Notes: a model not told the origin generated them from the sequence alone. 64,000 nucleotides of DNA from Cenarchaeum sp. (GCA_963693095.2 OY843768.1:864001-928000); one strand, 5' to 3'. Counted from the stretch's first letter, positions 50,197 to 60,331 are shown. Translations and numbers: made by a program.

Positions 50197-50573
50197 CTAG
50201 GTGGAACTCTCAAGATCATGCAATTTGCTTCGTAGTAATTTTAGCATATTCGGATCATCCTTATTCATAGCACGGTATAGATCATAGAGGTCGGGTTGGT
50301 GTTTTTCCAGATAACGAATGTTGCCGGAAGTTAATAGTCCCACATATACATCATTAATTACCATGACACGGTTTGAGAGACCACGAGACCGCATCGTCAC
50401 GATGAGTCGATGGTTTTCTCGCAATTCATTACACAGTATTCTAATCAGACTTTGACGCATATCGCGCGTGTCCAGTGTTTGCGGGCGAAATAGGCAACTG
50501 TGCCAAATACAACAGCCACAAAAATAGGATCGTTTAAAATTCCCCAAAGGTATTCTAGAATCATAATGATCAC
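50197..50573 (-). pseudogene. Frameshifted single-pass membrane protein
   Basis: GTGA-coupled start gives VIIMILEYLWGILNDPIFVAVVFGTVAYFARKHW; one extra G near 50472 would join it to DTRDMRQSLIRILCNELREN... Confidence 0.55.
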
Positions 50574-50857
50574 CAATACTGTTCAATAATTTGGGCTATG
50601 AGCTTGTCTTTGCTTTCTTCTGACAATAGCTGAACTATCCTTTTGGGATTTTGTGCAAAAGCAGGACGTTCGTTGAGATCTAGTCTGATGTCCGAGTCAG
50701 CCAGATCACGCAATGTAACGGCAAGAGATATGTCTGCATAATGTCCATAACCAGAAAATTTGTCTTTCATGTTGCTCGGATTGGCAACGCGAGCAGACAG
50801 TGAAATGTCGACTTTGTTTGTGTCATAGCCGCTAGCAAGATTTGCGTCTTTGGCCAT
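50570..50857 (-). CDS. Hypothetical ~95-aa protein (candidate toxin/partner)
   Basis: ATG 1 nt after the stop of the upstream gene; low GC. Confidence 0.6.
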   Translation of the reverse strand: MAKDANLASGYDTNKVDISLSARVANPSNMKDKFSGYGHYADISLAVTLRDLADSDIRLDLNERPAFAQNPKRIVQLLSEESKDKLIAQIIEQYW

Positions 50858-50858
50858 A

Positions 50859-51371
50859 CTAGCACCTGTCATCAGGAATCAACCCCTCTTTGCAAAGTGC
50901 TTTCCACATGGACTGGCACGTATCTTTGTTCACATCTTGTCCTTGCATTTTTTTCAGCACACGATCAAATATGGCCTGTTTAGACATTTTAGTGGTAATC
51001 ACAAGCAAGTGTAATGACGAGGCGACTTCCAAACGAACAAGATCAGTTGGCCCGTCCATGATGGAACCGATGAATTGGATGCAACGATCCAGCTTTTTTT
51101 GTTTGAGAGGGTCTACGAGTCTCACCTTTACACCATCTGGAATTTCCCCATGAATCTCGGTCAGCTCGAATCCCGCCCTGGCCAGATTGGTGCAGTATGG
51201 CCCACGAAAGTACCAGGAAAACCCATATCCAAGATACACGTCAAAAGCCTCGATCATGTAGACCAGCTTTTGTAGGCGAAGTCTGTCTTCAAAGGTGTCC
51301 ATCTTAAAGTCCGAGTGCGGTATGAGCTTTAAGATGTATCCCAGGACTGGGACGTTTGGCTCGACGATCAT
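50859..51371 (-). CDS. Panacea/SocA/YwgA-like (DUF4065-like) antitoxin
   Basis: RLRLQKLVY, LGYGFSWYFRGPYCTNLA, LEVASSLHLL. Confidence 0.78.
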   Translation of the reverse strand: MIVEPNVPVLGYILKLIPHSDFKMDTFEDRLRLQKLVYMIEAFDVYLGYGFSWYFRGPYCTNLARAGFELTEIHGEIPDGVKVRLVDPLKQKKLDRCIQFIGSIMDGPTDLVRLEVASSLHLLVITTKMSKQAIFDRVLKKMQGQDVNKDTCQSMWKALCKEGLIPDDRC

Positions 51372-51893
51372 GCGCAGCCTCCCCTAGCGGTTGATGTGCC
51401 ATGCGCACTATGGCATAGATTATGAATACTCGGCACTCCCATTACAGGGTCACAGGGCGGGTGCTGGGATTTAAGCGTTAAGCGGATTCCCGAGAACTGC
51501 AGGCGCTCCGCCTAGACTATACCGTCAGGTCACGCACGGCAGATGCCATAAAGGCCGTGAAGCTGCCAGGGCACGCACACGGCACAGATGAGGGCAAGCT
51601 GGCACCACGGCATGAAGGCACTCAAGGTCCCACACACAGCCTGTCTAGGCCCCGGACAGACCAATGACCCTGTGGTCCCCAGAACAGACGCATGATGAAG
51701 TCACGGTGGGCAGGGTCCCAACTGCTGCCAAGGACTCGCGAAAACCACGGCTTTCCCACGGACGCCACACCCCAAGAGCCCACAGGAGCGCCGGCATGAT
51801 TCACCCTGGCTGCCGATGACACCACGGGCGCTTGAGGGGCAGCCCACCCGCCCGGCAAGGATTTAATTAGCCTCCCCTGCGCGCGTGCGCACG

Positions 51894-52547
51894 TTGTATA
51901 GTGGCGAGCTTGAGGTTCAGGCAAAGCGAAAGGCAGTCGCAGTCCTGCAGGACGAGATAAACCGCATCCTCAACGCCGCACGCGAGCTTGCCGACATGCC
52001 CAAGATGATGGCAAAAAAGGACAAGGCGGGAGTAAAGTCGGCCATAGAGCAGATATCGGGGATCGAGGAGGAGGTCGAGACGCTGCGCCGCAAGATAACC
52101 CGCGAGGTCGCCGATGTGGGCGGCCTCATAATGAACCGCGAGAACCTCCTCAACACCGCATACACGATGGACGAGATAGCCGGATATATCACGGGCATCG
52201 CATTCAAGCTCTCAAACATAAAGCCGGCAACGCTAAAGGTCGCAGGCCTAGGAGACGACATCACAAAGCTGATCGAGCTCGTAGTCGACGAGATATACAA
52301 GCTCAACGAGGTCATTCGCAGCCTCAGCACAAACACGGCAAATGCCATAGAGCACGCGCAGGAGGCCCAGGCCATAGAGCGCGAGATCGACAAAATGTAC
52401 CGCAACCTGACGATAAAGACGCTTGACGAGATCTCCAACACAAAGGAGATGCTCCTCATGAAGGACGTCATCGAGGGCATAGAGGAGATGGCCGACAAGT
52501 GCCAGCATGTCTCTGACTCGTTCATACTCTTGGCGCTGAGCCTCTAG
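51894..52547 (+). CDS. DUF47/PhoU-like phosphate transport regulator
   Basis: Helical repeats IEEEVETLRRKI and IEREIDKMYR, plus IEEMADKC. Confidence 0.85.
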   Translation: MYSGELEVQAKRKAVAVLQDEINRILNAARELADMPKMMAKKDKAGVKSAIEQISGIEEEVETLRRKITREVADVGGLIMNRENLLNTAYTMDEIAGYITGIAFKLSNIKPATLKVAGLGDDITKLIELVVDEIYKLNEVIRSLSTNTANAIEHAQEAQAIEREIDKMYRNLTIKTLDEISNTKEMLLMKDVIEGIEEMADKCQHVSDSFILLALSL

Positions 52548-52548
52548 C

Positions 52549-53085
52549 ATGAGGGCAGAGCTCGTCGACGGCAGGGTCGTCGTGTGGAATACCGATGATG
52601 CGGCCCGCCTCTTTGAGTCCGGCTATTACGGAAAGCCAATAGGAATTCCAAAGCCAAAGCCCGGCGAGATCAACGTTCCGCTCATACTCGACCTGTTTGA
52701 GGCGCGCTATCTCGAGGAGCGCGGACTGATAGCAGTGTACGAGGGCGCGCGGCGCGTCTCGCGCAAGTCCCTCCTCGGGGCGTGCAGGGACAACCATGCC
52801 GGATTTGACACAAAGTATGCAGTCTATACCGACTTTAGGGACAAGGGATACATTGTTACGACTGGCATAAAGTTTGGGTGTGACTTTGCAGTCTATGAGC
52901 GCGGGCCGGGAATAGACCATGCGCCATACCTTGTCCAGGCCCATGCGCGCGGCGATGCCATAACGGCGACTGGAACGGTCCTCGCGGGCCGGCTTGCGAC
53001 GACTGTGCGAAAGCAGTTCATACTGGCAATGCCGGACAGGCGCGGCGGTGTTGCGCTAGTTGCGCTTGACTGGTGGAAGGCCTAG
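52549..53085 (+). CDS. endA: tRNA-splicing endonuclease catalytic subunit
   Basis: VYTDFRDKGY, GIKFGCDFAVYERGPGIDHAPY, VRK; loop GYYGKPIGIPKPK. Confidence 0.95.
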   Translation: MRAELVDGRVVVWNTDDAARLFESGYYGKPIGIPKPKPGEINVPLILDLFEARYLEERGLIAVYEGARRVSRKSLLGACRDNHAGFDTKYAVYTDFRDKGYIVTTGIKFGCDFAVYERGPGIDHAPYLVQAHARGDAITATGTVLAGRLATTVRKQFILAMPDRRGGVALVALDWWKA

Positions 53086-53471
53086 GCTGCCTTTACGTGG
53101 CCCGCGATGCGGTCATAGACGTCAAACTCCTCGCGCGTCACGCCAAACTCGTGCGATGCCCTCCACGCGCCATGAATCCGGACTCCCGAGTCAGTCGGCT
53201 CGACGAATATGTCTGCCCCGCCGGTGCCCCTCCTTGCGATCATCTCGTTGAGCTCGCCGTCGGCGTTTAGCGTGTCAGCAAGCGCTCCGGCCCCTGACCA
53301 CCTGACCCCCGTGATGCGCCTTGAGCCACAGTGGCCCTCAGTGGAGACGACTGTGCGCGCCGCGAGCGTGTGCGAGTCAGGCCCGTCATCACGCCTCACG
53401 ACATAGTGGGCCTGAAACCTGTCCATTGCGCCCCACGGCATTACGCTTGGATCCTGTCCCATCATCATCAC
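53082..53471 (-). CDS. Conserved hypothetical protein
   Basis: Coupled to the upstream ORF, host-like codons. Confidence 0.6.
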   Translation of the reverse strand: MMMMGQDPSVMPWGAMDRFQAHYVVRRDDGPDSHTLAARTVVSTEGHCGSRRITGVRWSGAGALADTLNADGELNEMIARRGTGGADIFVEPTDSGVRIHGAWRASHEFGVTREEFDVYDRIAGHVKAA

Positions 53472-53704
53472 CCTTTTTGCACGATATGAACCGCGTCAAT
53501 GTTTGTTCCCGAGACCTCGAGGCTTCCCCTGTTGGTCACCATTCGCGGCGTGCCAGAAAAGACACGCGAGTAATAGTCGCCACCCTCGACGTCTCCGGAG
53601 GCCAGGTCGTTTGGCGTCGACTCGACGCCAATGCCGGCCAGCTTGGAGCAAAACTCCTCGGGGCGCGTCATGCGCACAAACGTGTCAGGCTCGTCGTCAT
53701 GCAC
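53468..53704 (-). CDS. Conserved hypothetical protein
   Basis: TTTATT box upstream; overlaps the next gene by 4 nt. Confidence 0.55.
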   Translation of the reverse strand: MHDDEPDTFVRMTRPEEFCSKLAGIGVESTPNDLASGDVEGGDYYSRVFSGTPRMVTNRGSLEVSGTNIDAVHIVQKG

Positions 53705-54007
53705 GCGCGCACGTGCCCAAGCCCCCACAAATAAACATTGACGACCCTTCAGGCTCGGAATCGCACGCGCGCCCAAGCCCGCCACTGGGCACTCGCCTGC
53801 AGGCACGCATTACCGGGGATGCCCCTGTCGGCGCCCCCGTGGGTGACCCCGCCCCATGCGGGCGCCCCCCAGGCCGCCGACGCTGGGGGTGCTGCAGGCC
53901 AGACCCCCCAGTGCCCCCACCGGCTCCCGGAGGCCATTCCCCACGGGGCGCACATAGGCGCGATTTGTGAGAAGTGCTTTTATAATAGTGTCGGGGGGTT
54001 GGCTCTC

Positions 54008-54565
54008 ATGCCGCAGTCAAAGCCAGTGGTAAGCATAGAGAACGTCGTGGCCTCAGCCTCTGTCGACCAAAAGATGGACCTCAACGAGATCACAAAGCGC
54101 TTCCCTGACGTAGAGTACCATCCTGACCAGTTCCCCGGCCTCGTCTTTAGGCTCACGAGCCCAAAGACGGCGACGCTCATATTCACGTCAGGCAAGATGG
54201 TCTGCACCGGCTCCAAATCCGAAGAGATGGCCCGCAAGGCCGTAAAGACCGTCGTGCAGCAGCTCAGGGCAGGCGGAATTCCAGTTAAAAAGGAGGCAGT
54301 CGTCGAGATTCAGAATATAGTCGCGTCGATAAACCTCGGCGGCAAGATACACCTAGAGGAGGCCGCAAGAACGCTGCCTCGCAGCATGTACGAGCCAGAG
54401 CAGTTCCCCGGCCTCATACACCGCATGCTCGACCCAAAGACTGTCATACTGCTCTTCTCCTCGGGCAAGCTAGTCTGCACGGGCGCAAAAAAGGAGCCAG
54501 ACGTGAACAGGGCGGTGAACAACCTGCACGCGCTCCTAGAGGAAAAGAACCTCATGATATACTGA
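54008..54565 (+). CDS. tbp: TATA-box-binding protein
   Basis: Two repeats of NVVAS...Y.P.QFPGL..R...PK...L.F.SGK.VCTG. Confidence 0.98.
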   Translation: MPQSKPVVSIENVVASASVDQKMDLNEITKRFPDVEYHPDQFPGLVFRLTSPKTATLIFTSGKMVCTGSKSEEMARKAVKTVVQQLRAGGIPVKKEAVVEIQNIVASINLGGKIHLEEAARTLPRSMYEPEQFPGLIHRMLDPKTVILLFSSGKLVCTGAKKEPDVNRAVNNLHALLEEKNLMIY

Positions 54566-54663
54566 GTATATAATCTCGTTTTAAATACCAGATATTCCAG
54601 GCGTGACGAGTATATAACGGGCACGCAAACCATATTTAACGTGTTGAGCACACGTAGCCTGCG

Positions 54664-55086
54664 ATGACAAAGATACACTGCGAGTCGGTGATCAACGCCC
54701 CGGCCGATGCCGTGTGGGAGATAATATCTGACATAGACTCCGAGCCTGACCACTGGAAGGGCACAAAGTCGATTAAAAATGTCTCAAGGGAGGGCAACGT
54801 GACGACAAGGGAGGTCACGCTTGCCTTTCGCGACAAGGTGTGCGGCCAGCGCGTCACCCTCGAGCCGCGCAGCACCGTCAGGGCAGAGTTCACCAGCGGG
54901 ATCGTCAGCGGGACAAAGGTCGTGCATGTGCGCGCCGACGGCGAGTCGCGCGCAGTCATCGAGGCCACGTGGGACATTGGAATACGCGGCATGATGGCAA
55001 TGTTTGCGCCAATGCTCGCATCACACGTGAAATCTGGAACTGAAAAGGCACTAGAGTCCATAAGGCTTGCAGCCGAGTCACGATGA
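54664..55086 (+). CDS. SRPBCC/START-family protein
   Basis: INAPADAVWEIISD...W pattern and C-terminal ALESIR helix. Confidence 0.85.
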   Translation: MTKIHCESVINAPADAVWEIISDIDSEPDHWKGTKSIKNVSREGNVTTREVTLAFRDKVCGQRVTLEPRSTVRAEFTSGIVSGTKVVHVRADGESRAVIEATWDIGIRGMMAMFAPMLASHVKSGTEKALESIRLAAESR

Positions 55087-56297
55087 GCGAGCTTGCCGTC
55101 ATGGCCGTCCATGCGCTCCTAGCGGCCATAATGTGCGGCGTGGCCGCCACATGGATATGGCTGATCGTCTGCATGCGCCGCACGTTCACGCAGACCCCGC
55201 TCCTCGGCGAGTGCGGCGCGCCGGCAGAGTCACCCCTCGTCTCGGTCATACTGCCGGCAAGAAACGAGGAGGGCTATATCGACGCGTGCGTCTCGTCGCT
55301 GCGCGAGCAGGACTATGCCAACTATGAGGTGATCGCCATAGATGACTCGTCCGAGGACGCGACGGCGAGTATCATCGCGCGCCATGCCGCCGAGGACCCA
55401 AGGGTTCGCCACGTGAGCGCGCGCGCAAAGCCTGACGGGTGGGCCGGCAAGAGCTGGGCCTGCTCAGAGGGGTATGCGGCTGCGCGCGGCGAGCTGCTCC
55501 TGTTCACCGATGCTGACACCATCCACTCGCGCACGGCAATCTCGGCGGCAGTGGCCGACCTGACCGGCCTGGGCCTCGATGCGCTGACAGTCATGCCGAG
55601 AATGCGCTGCGTGGATCCGTGGGCGAGGGTATCACTGCCGGTGATATCCGTCTTCCTGCACACGCGCTTTTCGGCCCTAAAGGTCAACAGCGCGTCGAGC
55701 ACAATGGGCTACTTTTTTGGGAGCTTTTTCATGATGCCGCGCTCGTCCTATGAGGCCCTGGGCACGCACGGCGCCGTCAGGGGCGAGATAGTCGAGGACG
55801 GCGCGCTGGGCCGCCTCGCAAAGGCAGCAGGCATGCGCATAAGGATGGTTCGCGGCGAGGGCGCAGTCAGCGCAGTCTGGTCACGCGACCTCGGCACGCT
55901 CTGGAACGCGCTAAAGCGCCTCATGGTTCCGCTATACCTGCAGGTGGGCCGGCTCGCAGTCGGCATGCTAGTCGGTGTCGCATTTGTACTGCTAGTGCCC
56001 TTTGTGAGCCTTGCATACTCGGCGGTGGCGGCCAGCGCCGGAGTGGCCGGTGCTGCCGCACTCTTTGGCACATCGCTTGTGGCGTCGATCCTGGCAGGCG
56101 TCGGTGCCGCATACGAGACGCGCTTTTTGGGAACGAGGATGCGCGACGCGCTAGGCTCGCCGCTCGGCGGCCTCATCATAACGCTGGGCCTGCTAGCCGG
56201 AATACTCGGGGCGCGCTCTAGGGAGTCAGTCTCCTGGAGGGGCAGGTCGTATGAGATTAGCCGCATAATGGGCGAGTCAGGCGGGCCATACACGTAG
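55083..56297 (+). CDS. Membrane GT2 glycosyltransferase
   Basis: VSVILPARNEE, IDDSSED, GWAGK, LFTDAD, IVED, WRGR. Confidence 0.9.
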   Translation: MSELAVMAVHALLAAIMCGVAATWIWLIVCMRRTFTQTPLLGECGAPAESPLVSVILPARNEEGYIDACVSSLREQDYANYEVIAIDDSSEDATASIIARHAAEDPRVRHVSARAKPDGWAGKSWACSEGYAAARGELLLFTDADTIHSRTAISAAVADLTGLGLDALTVMPRMRCVDPWARVSLPVISVFLHTRFSALKVNSASSTMGYFFGSFFMMPRSSYEALGTHGAVRGEIVEDGALGRLAKAAGMRIRMVRGEGAVSAVWSRDLGTLWNALKRLMVPLYLQVGRLAVGMLVGVAFVLLVPFVSLAYSAVAASAGVAGAAALFGTSLVASILAGVGAAYETRFLGTRMRDALGSPLGGLIITLGLLAGILGARSRESVSWRGRSYEISRIMGESGGPYT

Positions 56298-56352
56298 GAA
56301 CCGCGCGTGTGCCGGCAAGACTTTTAGCAATATGCGCGCCAGACCCAGTGCG

Positions 56353-57543
56353 ATGAGCAGGCTGGAGAGCACCGCTGCCGGAGTCACCGGAGTAGTCATT
56401 GTCGCAATAGCCATACTCGTGGCCCTGATCCCGCAGGCCGACGTTCCCGTGTCGCCCGCGCCCGGAGAGCTCGGCGTTCCGGCGCCTCCGCGCGCGGTTC
56501 CCGAGCCGCGAGTCGTGCCCGTCGAGCCGATCGCGCGCGTGCCCGGCGGGACGATCGCACTTGAGAGCATATTTGAGCGCGTCGAGGGCGGCGTCGTGAG
56601 CGTTCGCGTAATCTCGCCAGACGAGGAGTCCAGGGGTGGCGGCTCGGGCTCGGGGTTTGTCCATGACGCGCAGGGCCACATCATAACGAATGAGCACGTC
56701 GTCGACGAGGGCGGAAAAATCACCGTGACGTTCCTTGACGGGCGCTCGTACAACGCCGAGATCGTCGGAGTCGACACGTTTACCGACATTGCCGTGATAA
56801 AGGCAGATTCAGGTCCGGTGCTCCTGCAGCCACTGCCCATTGGAGACTCGTCAGTCCTAAGGGTGGGCGAGCCCGTGGCGGCGATAGGAAACCCGTTTGG
56901 CCTCTCGGGCTCGATGACATCCGGAATTGTCAGCCAGCTCGGCAGGCTGCTGCCGGTGCAGGAGAGTGACTTTTCCATTCCCGACATCATACAGACTGAC
57001 GCGCCAATAAATCCCGGAAACTCTGGCGGGCCGCTCCTAAATGCCGGAGGCGAGGTGATTGGCATGAACACTGCAATACAGACAAACACCGGACAGTTTG
57101 TCGGGATTGGCTTTGCGATTCCTTCGCAGACCATCTCAAAGGTCGTTCCGCGCCTCATAACTGACGGCGAGTATCGCCATCCGTGGATCGGCGTCTCGGG
57201 AATCGACATATACCCTGACCTTGCGCAGACCCTCGGCCTAGAGGACTCGCGCGGGTTTTTGATATCGGGTGTTGCCAGGGGAGGGCCGGCTGACAGGGGA
57301 GGCCTGCAGGGGAGCAGCGCGATAGTCGAGATCAACGGCGCGCCCGTCTCTATCGGAGGCGACATCATACTTGCCGTGGACGGCATCGACGTCAGAAAGA
57401 TAGACGACATACTCATACACCTGCAGCGTGAAAAGGCCGTTGGCGACTCGATATCGCTCAGGGTCCTGCGTGATGGCGATGAGCGCCTCGTCACGCTCAC
57501 GCTAGACGAGAGGCCGCGCGTAGAGGACGCGCCCTTGAGATAA
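56353..57543 (+). CDS. HtrA/DegP-like serine protease with PDZ domain
   Basis: GSGSGF, TNEHVV, DIAVI, IQTDAPINPGNSGGPL, C-terminal PDZ, N-terminal TM. Confidence 0.95.
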   Translation: MSRLESTAAGVTGVVIVAIAILVALIPQADVPVSPAPGELGVPAPPRAVPEPRVVPVEPIARVPGGTIALESIFERVEGGVVSVRVISPDEESRGGGSGSGFVHDAQGHIITNEHVVDEGGKITVTFLDGRSYNAEIVGVDTFTDIAVIKADSGPVLLQPLPIGDSSVLRVGEPVAAIGNPFGLSGSMTSGIVSQLGRLLPVQESDFSIPDIIQTDAPINPGNSGGPLLNAGGEVIGMNTAIQTNTGQFVGIGFAIPSQTISKVVPRLITDGEYRHPWIGVSGIDIYPDLAQTLGLEDSRGFLISGVARGGPADRGGLQGSSAIVEINGAPVSIGGDIILAVDGIDVRKIDDILIHLQREKAVGDSISLRVLRDGDERLVTLTLDERPRVEDAPLR

Positions 57544-57555
57544 ATACGGCAGGCA

Positions 57556-58740
57556 TTGGCGAGCGCGACGTTGGCAGGGCCATCGCTTCAGAGCCTAGTC
57601 ACGGGAGGCGACGTCCCGGAGGCCCTCGGGGTCAGCGACGCGCTAGAGGCATACGAGGCGGCCATGCTCGACCCGTCAGGGCTAATGGCCACCGCACGCG
57701 CCGCGCGCGAGTCCGCAAGGGGCCATATCGTGTCATTCTCCAAAAAGGCGTTTGTGAGCGTGACGACGCTGTGCCGCGATGTCTGCTCGTACTGTGCGTA
57801 CAGGTCAGAGCCCGGCGGCGAGGCGTTTATGCCAGAGGGCGCAGTCAGGGCGCTGCTCGAGAATGCCCGGCGCCACGGCTGCGTCGAGGCGCTCCTCGTT
57901 GCCGGCGAGCGGCCAGAGGAGAGGTATGACGAGGCGTCATCGTGGCTGCGACGCGCCGGCTTTGCGAGCACCGCCGAGTACATTGCGCGCTGCTCCGAGA
58001 TTGCACTAGAGTGTGGCATGTTCCCGCACACAAATGCCGGCAACCTGACTAGCGCAGAGCTTGCGCCCTTGCGCGAGACGAATGCGAGTGTCGGCATGAT
58101 GCTAGAGACGTCAAGTGAGCGCCTCGGCGGGGCCGGCATGCCGCATCATGGGGCACCAAGCAAGCGGCCTGCGGCCAGGATTCGCGCACTAGAGGACGCC
58201 GGACGCGCGGGCATTCCCACGACGACGGGCATACTTGTCGGGATAGGCGAGACGCCGCTTGAGGCAATAGAGTCGCTAGCAGAGATTGGCAGGATAAGCT
58301 CAGAGTACGGGCACATACAGGAGATCATTGTGCAAAACTTTCAGCCAGAGGACGGCACGGCCATGCGCGCCAACGCGCCGGCAGCGGCCGCACACCACGC
58401 GGCAATAGCGGCCATTGCAAGGCTAATGATGCCGTCCATGAACGTGCAGGCGCCGCCAAACCTCACGCCGCACACATACTCACAGCTCCTCTCGGCGGGA
58501 ATAAACGACTGGGGCGGCATATCGCCGGTGACGCCAGACCACGTAAACCCCGCATTTGCGTGGCCCGCAATACGCGAAGTCGAGCGCCACACGCTAAAGG
58601 CAGGCCTTGGGTTCAGGTGCAGGTTTCCCGCATATCCGGAGCGCCTCGCGCAGATGCCATCACGCCTGCGCGACATGGCCCGTGAGTGCGATGACGGGGA
58701 CGGGTATGTGCGCGAGGGGCGCTGGAGGACGGGGCAATGA
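57556..58740 (+). CDS. cofG: FO synthase subunit CofG
   Basis: VSFSKK.F, CRDVCSYC, PHTNAG, SVGMMLE, TTGILVGIGE, QAPPNL, NDWGGISP. Confidence 0.93.
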   Translation: MASATLAGPSLQSLVTGGDVPEALGVSDALEAYEAAMLDPSGLMATARAARESARGHIVSFSKKAFVSVTTLCRDVCSYCAYRSEPGGEAFMPEGAVRALLENARRHGCVEALLVAGERPEERYDEASSWLRRAGFASTAEYIARCSEIALECGMFPHTNAGNLTSAELAPLRETNASVGMMLETSSERLGGAGMPHHGAPSKRPAARIRALEDAGRAGIPTTTGILVGIGETPLEAIESLAEIGRISSEYGHIQEIIVQNFQPEDGTAMRANAPAAAAHHAAIAAIARLMMPSMNVQAPPNLTPHTYSQLLSAGINDWGGISPVTPDHVNPAFAWPAIREVERHTLKAGLGFRCRFPAYPERLAQMPSRLRDMARECDDGDGYVREGRWRTGQ

Positions 58741-60002
58741 GCCTCGTTTGCGACACGCTCATCAGGCGCGCAGAGCCTGCCATAGCCGACGTGCTAGAGG
58801 GCGTGCTGGCCGGCGAGGAGGTGTCAGCCGAGGAGGGCGCACTCTTGTATTCTGCGCGCGGGGCAGACATGCACCTAGTCGGCATGGTCGCCGACGAGCT
58901 GCGCCGGCGCGCGTGCGGGGACACCGTGACATATGTCATAAACCGCAACATTAACTTTACAAACGTCTGCGTAAAGCGCTGCCTCTTTTGCGCGTTTAGC
59001 CGCGACCACCGGACCGAGGAGGGATACATGCTTCCAGTCGAGGAGGTCGCACGACGCGCCGCCGAGGCCCACGAGATGGGCGCAACAGAGGTCTGCATAC
59101 AGGCAGGGCTGCCCCCGGACATGGAGCCAGACCTGTACGAGCGCATATGCGCAGCAGTAAAGCGCGCGGCCCCTGGAATTCACATACATGCGTTCTCGCC
59201 CGAGGAGGTTCTTTACGGCGCAACTGCGGCCGGAACCACAGTCGAGGACTTTGTCATCCGGCTCAAGGACGCCGGAGTCGACACGCTGCCCGGAACGTCA
59301 GCAGAGATACTCGACCAGGGCATACGGGACCGCATATCGCCGGGGAGGATAAGCGTGGAGGACTGGATTCGCGTCATACGCGCCGCGCACCGTGCGGGAA
59401 TAACGACGACATCAACGATGATGTTTGGCCACGTCGAGGACGCCATGGACAGGACGCGCCACATGGCCACAATCAGGGACATACAGCGCGAGACGCGCGG
59501 ATTCACCGAGTTCGTCCCGCTCAACTTTGTGCACGAGGAGGCGCCATTGGGTGCTCGCGAGAGCCTTGGCGCGCGCCACGGGGCAGGCGCGCCAGAGATC
59601 CTCCTCACGCACGCCATTGCGCGCATAATGCTTGCCGGCCACATTGAGAACATACAGATGTCATGGGTAAAGGACGGGCCGATGATGGCGCGCGTCCTGC
59701 TCCACTGGGGCGCCAACGACTTTGGCGGCACGCTGATAAACGAGAGCATATCGACATCAGCCGGCGCGCGCCACGGCCAGCTCCTCAGGCCCGCGCAGAT
59801 ACGCCAGGCCATACGCGATGCGGGCCGCGTGCCGGCCCAGAGGCTGACTGACTATACTGTGGCCAAAGAGTACGCGCGCGGCGGGGACACCGAGGAGGGC
59901 GCCCTCGATGCCGTCGCCGACGAGTCGCGATTTGGCTCGTACGAGGAGCTTGTGAGCATAGACACCTACAGGTACAGGCGTGCGCGCAGGGGAGGCTCCT
60001 GA
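58737..60002 (+). CDS. cofH: FO synthase subunit CofH
   Basis: VTYVINRNINFTNVCVKRCLFCAF, LPGTSAEIL, TMMFGH, EFVPL, GANDFGGTL. Confidence 0.93.
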   Translation: MSLVCDTLIRRAEPAIADVLEGVLAGEEVSAEEGALLYSARGADMHLVGMVADELRRRACGDTVTYVINRNINFTNVCVKRCLFCAFSRDHRTEEGYMLPVEEVARRAAEAHEMGATEVCIQAGLPPDMEPDLYERICAAVKRAAPGIHIHAFSPEEVLYGATAAGTTVEDFVIRLKDAGVDTLPGTSAEILDQGIRDRISPGRISVEDWIRVIRAAHRAGITTTSTMMFGHVEDAMDRTRHMATIRDIQRETRGFTEFVPLNFVHEEAPLGARESLGARHGAGAPEILLTHAIARIMLAGHIENIQMSWVKDGPMMARVLLHWGANDFGGTLINESISTSAGARHGQLLRPAQIRQAIRDAGRVPAQRLTDYTVAKEYARGGDTEEGALDAVADESRFGSYEELVSIDTYRYRRARRGGS

Positions 60003-60093
60003 GCGCCCCACGCGCGCATGGATGCCACTCATAGGCGTATTATACCGCAATAGTACGGTACTCTTTTATAGCCCCCAAATCCGCCCCTGACGC

Positions 60094-60276
60094 ATGAGCC
60101 AGATGATGCTCCAGCGGTCGCGGCTAGCGCCTGTGCAGAGCGCAGGCGTCGTCGTGCCATTCGAGTGTGCCGTGTGCGGGCGCGGTCCGGGCGACGGGAC
60201 TGCGATCACGTCAAGGGCCGAGGCCGGCGTCGAGATGATGCTGTGCGACTCGCACATTGGCACACGCGGCGCATAG
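60094..60276 (+). CDS. Small CxxC...CxxH zinc-binding protein
   Basis: CAVCG...LCDSH; TTTTATA box about 25 nt upstream. Confidence 0.55.
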   Translation: MSQMMLQRSRLAPVQSAGVVVPFECAVCGRGPGDGTAITSRAEAGVEMMLCDSHIGTRGA

Positions 60277-60331
60277 GCGCAGCCCACGTTTTTTGGCAAT
60301 GCGCCATGCCCCACCATTTTGCAATGGCAGA

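Noticed and set aside
51490-51850. Recurrent CACGGCA words in a long intergenic region as a possible CRISPR or repeat array
   Set aside because: The repeats are too short and irregularly spaced, and no cas genes are present in the window.
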